A stretch of 64,000 bases of DNA from NCBI GenBank assembly GCA_013416795.1, contig RQSC01000602.1, positions 1 to 64,000 of the forward strand, given 5' to 3'. The notes beneath the pieces are model-generated. The model was not told the origin of the DNA, searched no databases, and worked only from the letters and a program-made list of their open reading frames with translations. Below are positions 55,955 through 64,000 of this stretch, piece by piece; within the stretch, counting starts at the first letter, position 1; each line of letters opens with the position of its first letter. This DNA comes from Prasinococcaceae sp. CCMP 1430. Lineage: Eukaryota; Plantae; Prasinodermophyta. The translations under genes and the position numbers were made by a program.

Positions 55955-57768
55955 ACTGTAATCGCACCCTTAGCTGCTGCTCTCAGTAGAAGGTGTCGAC
56001 ACCGAGGTGCGCGTCATCGCCATGTTGGGTCAGCAAGTTGTACTGCTCGATGTTTGCAGGGCTCTCGAAGTCCTCCTCATCCCACTGGGCGTTGGCTGCC
56101 TCGTCGTGTTCGTACTGCTTCGTGTCAGCATCCTGTGTCTGATCGTTCGCAACATCCGTCCCCCTAGGCCTCTGGGTCAGCAACTCTTCTTCGGCCTCTC
56201 TGCAGGTCTGGTTGAGCGTCTCATTTTTTCGGTCGTGTTCCTCCTTGAGTCTGTCGGCGTGGTCAGGATTGATGCACTTGTCGAACATGCTGTCCACTCC
56301 CTTCCTTGGCTGACCGATACCCATGTTTGATCGAACATCACGCAACACATCGATGTACCGGTAGAATAGCGACGACTGCGCGCCAAAGAGCCCGTCGCGC
56401 GAACTTCGATTCGCACTGCTGAGGTTCACGCATGGAGGCCCGGCGAGGATCAGATGTGGCAGCCCGTATTCCTTGATCAGCTCCTCCACCCCTTCTTCCT
56501 GCCACGCTCGCCCGGTGATGCTCCCTTTCGGAACGAGCTGCGTCTTCTTCCCCGAGGCGAGATGGCGCCAGCTGACGACAGCTTCAGCATTCTTGTCGAT
56601 CTCGCTGGTTACCAAGGTCTTGACTCTGATGCCAAGTTGGTCCAGCGCGACCGACGCTGCCCCGATCCCGTCGAAAAGGCTCCACACGACCAAGCCGCCC
56701 TTGGTCGACCCCTTGGGATACTTCCTCTTGACCCAGTCTTCATCAGTCATCCTTGCCAGCGGGCGAAGCACGAAGACGGCTGTTCCGACGTGCCAAGATC
56801 GCCCGAGCAGGCCTCGAGCGATCGGCTCAGACAAGCCCATCGTGGCGCCGCGGGGGAACCCCATGAGCTGCTCGAGCTTGCGTGCGTAGATGTTCCTGTA
56901 GAAGGTGGCGTTGCCGATGAAGTTGGCATCAGCACTCTCAGGTATCAAGAGATACTGGCGCACAGTGCTCGAAGCCTGGCGCTTGACAACGCCCTCCTTC
57001 GTTTTCACGTCGAAATGGAGAGACTTCAACGTCTCCCCTGCCGCGAGATGAAGATTGATCCTTGTTAGTTTCTTGTTCTCGAGCCCTCTGCTGCAGGGAC
57101 AGCACAGCGCTGGCGTGCGTTGTGGTTTGGATGCGCGTGCGGTAAGAGTCCAGTCAGCGCGCAGAGCAGTCAGCGTTCGCTCGAGGTGCACCGCCAGCGC
57201 TCTGCCACAACGTACGCAGTTTGAAGTCTTCTGGCAACGAGGAAACGTTGGACAGAATGTCGATGATTTCCTTGTGCTTCTGAGCACCAAAGTCTCGATT
57301 GCGCCCCCACGCTTCTCCTGTGACCTTCTTGATCGAAGTGTGGCCGCGAAGGTTCGTTGCGAACCAACGCTTCCTCATCAACAGCCCGCCATGGTGGACT
57401 GCGTCGAGTATCTCCCCCTTTTCGCCCACTGCGCGCCGCATCAGGTCCAGATCGTCCTGCTGCTCCTTCTTGGTGCCCGGGTACACGTTTTCCACGACAG
57501 TGACTGGTCCCTCCGGGTTCGCCGTTGGCGACTCACCGAACGCCCGCTGGGCGTCCATCAAGCGCTTGAAGGCGTTTGGCTTGCCATCTGGGAGCACCTC
57601 CTCAGTGGCCATGCGCTTGCCCCGGGTGTCTGCCAAGGACGTCGTGCCAAAGAGTGCCTGCACTGCGCGGTCCTCGTCATCGTTGTGCTGTACGTACGCA
57701 TGGCCATCGAGGCAATCTGTCAGCGCGGGCCCAGCGGATGGCAGTAGTAACAAGGGTGCGATTACAGT
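55955..57768. repeat. Perfect 17-bp inverted repeat pair (55955-55971 / 57752-57768) bracketing the DRM-like gene
   Basis: actgtaatcgcaccctt ... aagggtgcgattacagt; no target-site duplication evident. Confidence 0.8.
55983..57750 (-). CDS. DRM-type (domains rearranged) C5-cytosine DNA methyltransferase, no UBA domains visible; probable intron 57110-57215
   Basis: Motif order VI (GPVTVVENV), VIII (MRKRWFATNL), IX-X (LEQLMGFPRGAT..LLGRSWHV), then I (VWSLFDGIGAASVALDQLGI), II (SEID), IV (LILAGPPCVNLSSANRSSRDGLFGAQSSLFYRY). This parallels plant DRM2 (GGSPCNNLAGGNRVSRVGLEGDQSSLFFEY). Confidence 0.85.
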
Positions 57769-57852
57769 GAATGCAGACGCAAGCGCAAGATGCAGCGGAT
57801 GGCGAAGGGGCTGCCAGGGCGGACATGTGGGTGAAAGGCACAAACATGTCGC

Positions 57853-57892
57853 AAACCCTAAACCCTAACCCTAACCCTAACCTAGTTAGGGT
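57853..57892. repeat. Interstitial telomeric repeats with a head-to-head inversion
   Basis: aaaccctaaaccctaaccctaaccctaacctagttagggt: CCCTAAA plus (CCCTAA)n, then TTAGGG. Confidence 0.85.
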
Positions 57893-58165
57893 ACACAGGC
57901 AGGGTTCAGGCGATCTTATCCGCCGCGCGGTTCCCCGAGCGGAATCTTGCGCGTACGCGCGCGTGCGCTGCGCGCACGCGCCGCAACGGTAAGATCGGGG
58001 CCCCTCTCGCTAGGAGCCACACTTGAGACGTTCCACAGCACTCCTTGTGTCACCCCCTCCCCTCTAGCGCGCTCTAGAGGCACCTTACTCCCCTCATTGG
58101 AGGACAGAAGCCGGGGCGTGCGCAGCGCGCGCTGCACACGCATCCCCCTGCGCCGCACCGCCGCT

Positions 58166-59220
58166 ATGGCTGCCGACGACGCAACCACCCCCCAGGCGCC
58201 CACCACGCGGCAGGCTACGGCTGCTGCGCAGCGCCTGGACACTCTGGAGACGACCCAGGCCGCCCAGCAGGCGGCCCAGGCCGCTCACGCCACCCAGCTG
58301 AGCGAGCTGAGCGAGCTGCTCGCCTACCAGCAGCTGGAGACTCAACGGCTGCAAGAGGCGCTCACCCGCCTGCGTGCACCGCCCGACGCAGCCCCGTCTG
58401 CGGCGACGCCGTCCGCTGCGCCCTTGCCGGCACTGACGGCGCTCACCTCCCTGCCTGCCTCCCCCCAGGGGACGGTCAGGGGGCACGAGCAGCGCACCGC
58501 GGTCCATGACCGCGCTGCCGCACTCGCTGATGCGTTCCTCGCACACGCGGGCGACGCTCTGCAGAGCGCTGAGCAGCACACGGTGCGCACGGCGCTCTCT
58601 GCAGCTCTGGCGCGCCTACACCTGAACGAGGCGCCCACCGCTGCCCCTGTGGCCTTCTGCAAGGGCCACGACGCCCACCTGCCCCAGGCGTTCGAGCCTA
58701 CCGGCAGCCCCGACCAGCCCCGGCAGGTGGCCGACTTCATCTGCAAGGCCCGCAGGTACACTCGCCACCTGCGCCAACACTGGGCTGGCCACCGGGCAGG
58801 CGGCGTCCCTGATTCCGTCCTGATCCACGAGCTCAGTACGCGCCTCAAGGGTAGCGCTGCCACCTGGTACTCCCTACGCGACGAGCGGCCGGGCGCCTTC
58901 TGCTCAGCAGACGGCCAGCCCTCTGTGCTGGCCTTCCTGGACGAGCTCAAGCTCCGCTATGTGGCCTCTGCATCGGCCCACGAGGACCTGCGCCGCTCCA
59001 TGGAGGCATGCTCCCTCTTCCACGACTGTGGCAACAGTCTGGCTACGTACGTCGAGCGTCTGGAACAGGACGCAGAGTACTACACCATCCTGGCCCCTCC
59101 AGGGCTCGCCCAGTCCCAGATCGACAGGGACGTGGTCAGGGCAGCGCTCAACAACCTCTCGACGCTCGTCCTGGACAAGCTCCACGCCAGGATGCCCAAC
59201 ACTCCCACCCTGGACATGGC
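58166..59220 (+). mobile_element. Retrotransposon Gag/capsid-like ORF (Ty3/Gypsy-like), 3'-truncated; no pol
   Basis: N-terminal coiled coil, then PQAFEPTG...VADFICKARRY, ELSTRLKGSAATWY, FLDELKLRY, SLATYVERLEQ, resembling retrotransposon gag capsid motifs. Lower CpG style; sequence switches abruptly to host-like intergenic DNA near 59225. Confidence 0.6.
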
Positions 59221-59543
59221 AGCCGCGCGCGCCGTGTGCCGCGGGCGCGGCGGCCGCGTTCGAGTTCGCATTCGAGTTTCGTTTTACGCGCGTGCGCGCG
59301 TTGATGGTCGGCGCACGGGGTCGCCACGCGTGCCGAGGTGGATGGGAAACACATGCTTGCTTGCTTACGGGCGGTGCCGTTCCCGCGGCCGCGCCCCGCG
59401 GCCATGGGGGTCAGGCGCACACGCGCGTTCGCGCCGGCCGCCAGCGGCCATGGCTCGTCGTGGTAGCTCGTGAAAAGGAAGGGGAGTGCGCGCTCGGCGC
59501 GCTCGGCGCGCTCGGCGCGCTCGGCGCCGCTCTCTCAGCTCGC

Positions 59544-60878
59544 TCAGGCTGACTTCGCCTTGACGATCGGGACTGCGAGGGTGCCGCCCACCAGTCGCCG
59601 CCGAGCGCGGTCGGGAGGGGAGGGGGAGGGGAAAGGGCGGAGCGCGAGCGCGCGCAGGCGGCGCGAGCGTCAGCGCGCGCTCGGACGCGAACGCGGACGC
59701 AGCCGCGCGCGGCAGCGTCGCTGCGCGCCGGCGCGCTGCGCCGGCGCTGGCGCGCCTCCGGACTCACCCGAGGCCGAGTTGGCGATGCCGCACATGCCCT
59801 CCGCGCCCCTGTCCTGGGGGAGGCGAATGTAGCCCTCCTCGCCCCACGTGGGCCCCCAGCTGTTCTTGATGGTGTAGGTCTGGTCGTCCATGTCCATGGC
59901 GACGAGCAGGACGCCGTGGTCCAGCGAGGTGCCGCAGTAGCCGAAGACGCCGTGGAAGATGCCGCCGCCGTAGAACTGCCACAGCAGGGCGTCGACGCCC
60001 ACGCTGACGGGCTGCTGCGAGAGCGCCTGGCGCAGGCCGTCCTCCGAGTTCACGGGCACGTCGGAGAAGTCGTCGATGGTGACGGCCGCCCTCTTGGACT
60101 TCTTGGCGTTGCACTGCGCGGCGACGCCCCCGCCCGCCACGTAGGGGTAGTCGCCCTCGGTGTCGAGGCCGCCGTTCTTGATCACCCAGCCGAAGGCGTT
60201 GTCCATGAGGCCGCCGTTGCACCCCTGGTCGCCGTTGTCGTCGCAGCTCACGAGCTCCTGCTCGGAGAGCGACACGAGCTCGCCGCTGGCGAGGAAGTTG
60301 GCGCCTTCGATGGAGCCGACGGTGGAGAACGCCCAGCACGAGCCGCACTGGCCCTGGTTCTTGATGGGCGTCACCGCGCCCTTCTCGCGCCAGTCGATGC
60401 TGGCGGAGGCCTCCTCGGCGCTCACGCCGGCGTGCACGAACTCGCGCGGCAGGCTGTCGTCCGACTTGGCGCGCAGCGTGAGGGTCGCCGCGAACTCCTC
60501 GTGGGTGTGGTCCATGAAGGGGCCCTCGGTGGAGAGCACCCACCCGCCCTGGTCGTTCCTGTTGGCGCCTGTGGCCGCCAGGTACTCGACGTGCGCGAGG
60601 TTGGCCTTGTACGTGGCGAAGCGGCGCTCGTACTCGCCGTCGGCGCCGAGCATGTGCTCGGCGCGGCCGGTGGCGTAGGCGCGCCCGTGCCTGGCCGCCC
60701 ACGCGTCGAAGTCGGCGCGCTGCTTGGCCTCGAGCTGCGCCTCGCGCAGGCCCTCCACGCCGCTCATCGGCTCGACGACGCCCGGGCGGCGCGCGGCGTC
60801 CGCGCCCATCGCGAGGGCGCCCGCGACCACGGCGAGCACGCTTTGCGCCCCGAGCGGGGCGCGCGTGCGGGCGCGCAT
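59544..60878 (-). CDS. Papain-family (C1A) cysteine protease with I29 prodomain (exons 60878-59768, 59572-59544)
   Basis: ERFNIN-like EYERRFATYKANL; DWREKGAVTPIKNQGQCGSCWAFS; CNGGLMDNAF; LDHGVLLV; IKNSWGPTWGEEGYIRL; last exon VPIVKAKSA after a GTGAGT donor. Confidence 0.95.
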
Positions 60879-60973
60879 CTTGCCTCTCTCTACCTTGCCG
60901 CCCTGTATGTACAGTGGGTGTGCCCCGCCAGCGTCTTCGCTCGACCCCAGGAGGCAGCGCGGCTTCACAGCCC

Positions 60974-61177
60974 CTACCGGGGCGTAGAGGCGACACCGGA
61001 CAGCACGGGCGTGGCAGCCTCCGGCTCGCCGGCTGCGATGGCCTCGTCGGCCGTGCTGACCGCCATCTCAACGACCTTCTGCAGCGTGTCCTGCAGGTAC
61101 GCCTTGTGGCTCATGAGCGCGTCCAGCGCATTGAGCAACTGCGAGTTTAGCTTCTCCCGCTCTTCCTCGCACGTCGT
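60974..61177 (-). CDS. 3' end of a coiled-coil protein, possibly the NDC80 C-terminus; remainder lost at single-N join 61178
   Basis: EEEREKLNSQLLNALDALMSHKAYLQDTLQK resembles, from recall, the NDC80 tail [29 protein letters not shown]; weak. Confidence 0.4.
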   Translation of the reverse strand, partial: TTCEEEREKLNSQLLNALDALMSHKAYLQDTLQKVVEMAVSTADEAIAAGEPEAATPVLSGVASTPR

Positions 61178-61694
61178 NGGGAACGCGCCCGCGAAACGCG
61201 CCCGCGCCGCGGCCGGGCCGCGCGCGCGCCGGAGCGGATTGTCCTCCCCCAGTCTTTTCCCCCCCGAAAATGATTCGAGCGCGCGCGCGAGCGCGCATTC
61301 GGGGAACCGCCGCCACAAAACGCGCGGAACGGCGCGCGTGCAAAACTTGGGTAAAAATTACATCATATTTGTGGTCACTCTTACCCGCGGGAGAGTTTGG
61401 CCCTCGTAACGCCCACATCAAATTGCCTTGACAGAGAGGCGATGCCAAGGATCAATGCATTCAGATATACCTCACCGTCCGGCTTCGGCGGAAGGTCACT
61501 TTGAAAGCACCACCGGCGGAGATGCATCTCGATACATGCGACAGAGTGTGATGCGGTACCCTCGGCCTCGGAGCGCCGCTGAGTGCGCCGGCGCGCGCTG
61601 CGCAGCGCCACTCAGTGCGCGCACCGCGGGGCGCACGCGGCAGGAGGACGAGGGGAGGCAATGCGCACGCCGGCACTCACGCGCCAACTCAGTG

Positions 61695-62009
61695 ATGGGT
61701 GATTGGCGCGGCCGCGCGGCGCGCGCGCGCGCCCGTGCGCGCCCTGGCACGGCGGCCGTCGCCGCAGACGCCGCGCCGGCGCCCGCTCCCGCCCCTGGGC
61801 CGAAGCCTGCGCCGCTGGCGCCACCGGAGTCGGTGTGCGGGCCGCCCGACATCACCGGCGTTGACTTCAGCTACGCGGGCGACTGCGTGGACTCCGGCGC
61901 GGGGTGCATCGCGCCGGACGCGGACAACACGTACTGCTGTTGTGTCGCCACCTTGACGAACACCTTCGGCAGCATCGTCAACACTGGCACCATTACTTTT
62001 GGCGGATGA
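61695..62009 (+). CDS. Putative small Pro-rich/Cys-rich protein (structure uncertain)
   Basis: APAPAPAPGPKPAP followed by a 6-Cys segment (VCGPP..GDCVDSGAGCIAPDADNTYCCCVAT); host-like codons. Confidence 0.35.
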   Translation: MGDWRGRAARARARARPGTAAVAADAAPAPAPAPGPKPAPLAPPESVCGPPDITGVDFSYAGDCVDSGAGCIAPDADNTYCCCVATLTNTFGSIVNTGTITFGG

Positions 62010-62038
62010 GCGAGCCGAGCGAGCCGCGCGCGCCCACA

Positions 62039-64000
62039 TTAGCTACTGTAAGAGGCGGCCCCGGTGTGCTCACGTCCCGTCCGCGAGGCCCTGCCCGGCC
62101 GGCCGGTCTTGAGCACGAGCGCCACCATTGCGAGCGCCCTGGCGATGAGCCCGCAGAGCACGAGGGCGCGCAGCTCGCTCGCGAGACCGCCCTGCATGGA
62201 CAGGCCACCGAACGCTCCCAAACTGACGCAGCGCCTCACGAGCATCGAGCCTTCGTACGCCTTGAGCTCGGCGAAAAGGAGGGCGCGGAGCATGTGCGAT
62301 ACGAAGTTGACTTGCTCGAGGACGTGGGTGTTCGAGTTTGCCATGAGCCCTGAAATGAGGGCAGTCACCGCGCAGACGAGCTGCGCTGTCACGGGCTGCA
62401 ATGCAATGGACGCCATGTATGCCACTCCGCTCGCCGCGTAGCTGCCCGCGATCCCGGCAAGCAGATAATCCCAGAGCGAACCGCGCGGCAGGTTGAAAGC
62501 CGTCCAACTGAGCATGAACACTAACGGGCGCAGGATCACCGAGACGAGCTCGACCGCATCCTTCGCGAGCATGTAAGCCAGGCGTGATTGCCCGCTGACC
62601 ACCTCTCGCATCAGCACGGCACTGCCGTGCACCTCGTCGCCGAATGCTCTCTGCGAGCCTACACCCACGAGGAGGATGAGCGCTGTGCCAGCGTTTGCAA
62701 AAGGGCCCTCGCCGAGCGGCAAAACTGGCATGGGCGGCGACAAGCCGCCGACAGCGGCACCAGCGAAAGCGAGCACGCTGTACTCGGCGATGACAAGTGG
62801 GAGCTGGCGCGTGTATCCTGCGACGCGATGCACGGATAGTAGGGCGTAGTGTTGGCGCGCAAATAAGACGTGGGCAGCGACGTGTCAGCGCCCGTAGTGA
62901 CAACGAGTACTACTAGCTAGTCGTGCGCTGGCGCGTAGTGCTGTTTGGCAGCTCTTTCATTTGCGTTCGGCCACCGCATCAAGCTGACTTGCGGGCCGTG
63001 CGCACGCACTGCCCCGATGCCTCCGCACGCGCGCACCGGCGGCGCGCGTGCATCCGCCCGCATTGACGAAGCGCCGCTAACAAGCAACAAACACAACACA
63101 CACACACTCACACACCTGTGAGTGCCGCCCGGTGACAAATGAGCTGAATCTGTCGCAGAACACCCACTCGCTGGCGCCCTGACTTCTCATCGGAAGAGGG
63201 CCGGAAAACGTCCAAAGCGGCGTGCCCCGCCGCGCCGAGGACGCCGCGCATCCATGCAAAGACCTTGCACGCGTTTTCGCCGGCGCTCCTGAACAGCCCC
63301 GGTCTGTGCCTCCCGGTGACGTCTGCATCGTCTGCATCAACTTGCATCATGCCTCCATCGTCGCCGTCCGCCCCTGCCGCGCTCAACGCCTGTTGCATGC
63401 CGGCCCCAAACGAAGGAAAGTCATCGGCGCGGCGCAGCGTCTGCACCCAGCGGGCGTGCGCCGCCCGCTCCTCGTCGCTGGATTGCTCCGCGGGGAACGC
63501 TGCGCTGCTCGAGAGCGTCAGGCACTCCAACCACCAGTCCGCGGGATTTATCAACGCCGGCGCACGCAGGCCCATCCCCTCGAGATGTTCGGATAGGTCC
63601 GACACCTTGCCGATGTAGGCTAGGTGCCCGCGTGCAAGCAGTACGAGAAGCCCGAACTTCCTCACGACCTCGTAGGGCGGCTGGTGGAGTACCGCAACGA
63701 CTGTCCTTCCCGAAGGCAGCGCAGCACGTCGCACCCCGTCCAGGACATGCCGAGCAGTCGCAGCATCGAGTCCCGAAGTGGGTTCCTACATGCATCAGAG
63801 AGTGCCACGCGTTAGCCGAGCACACGATGCATCTACGGGCGCAGAACAGTGCACTTGCGCGCCATCCAAACAAAAATCGCACACACGCAGGTGCAAACAG
63901 CACACGCACGACAGCGACATAAAAATACGTACATCCAGGAACAGTATGGCCGGGTCGCAGACGAGCTCCATCGCAATGTTCGTGCGCCGCTTTTGCCCAC
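62039..64000 (-). CDS. ABCG (White-family) transporter, multi-exon, continues beyond window end
   Basis: GKKRRTNIAMELVCDPAILFLD|EPTSGLDAA; VAVLHQP; INPADWWLE; RQIQLICHRA; membrane region MREVVSGQSRLAYMLAKD. Confidence 0.88.

Noticed and set aside
55983-57750. DNMT5 or a bacterial restriction-modification methylase
   Set aside because: There is no SNF2 domain, the motif order is permuted as in DRM, an intron is likely, and no nuclease is adjacent.
57980-58165. LTR and primer-binding site upstream of gag (CA-T-TGGAGGACAG near 58097)
   Set aside because: No second LTR copy is in the window, and I cannot match the TGG segment to a tRNA 3' end.
59486-59527. Short tandem repeats (9-bp gcgctcggc here; gcgat at ~16830; ccag at ~49980) and ubiquitous (CG)n runs
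   Set aside because: They are ordinary microsatellites or intron and UTR composition in this CpG-rich genome.

Overview
This is eukaryotic, very GC-rich, intron-containing nuclear DNA from a draft assembly. It has many N-gaps plus three single-N contig joins (13438, 22818, 61178), mostly at gene 5' ends. A signal-peptide-free plastid transit peptide on flavodoxin, TGTAA-type 3' signals, CCCTAAA/CCCTAA telomere-like motifs and a DRM-type methyltransferase point to a green alga of prasinophyte grade (inference; species not determinable here). About 25 protein genes can be read. They include an SFI1-like protein, a catalytically degenerate ribulose-phosphate 3-epimerase-like protein, flavodoxin head-to-head with a stand-alone DHBP synthase, SNF7, RPL35, a TTLL polyglutamylase with a histidine-kinase ATPase domain directly upstream, ACBP, a CHD remodeler, MATH-BTB, three AIM24 paralogs, two tandem iota-carbonic anhydrases (8 and 6 domains), an LVIVD propeller, two ABCG transporters, a sterol-desaturase-family enzyme, a UBD protein, a papain-like protease and a gag remnant. 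The most interesting signals are five. (1) An aminotransferase fused to an NADPH-type D-2-hydroxyacid dehydrogenase, whose chemistry matches the first two steps of algal DMSP synthesis. (2) A circularly permuted DRM-like DNA methyltransferase bracketed by a 17-bp inverted repeat, beside telomeric repeats and a gag ORF. (3) A probable histidine kinase-TTLL splice fusion. (4) A 14-domain iota-CA locus with putative membrane anchors. (5) An rpe-like/flavodoxin/ribB neighbourhood. All homology calls come from motif recognition by eye; no searches were run.
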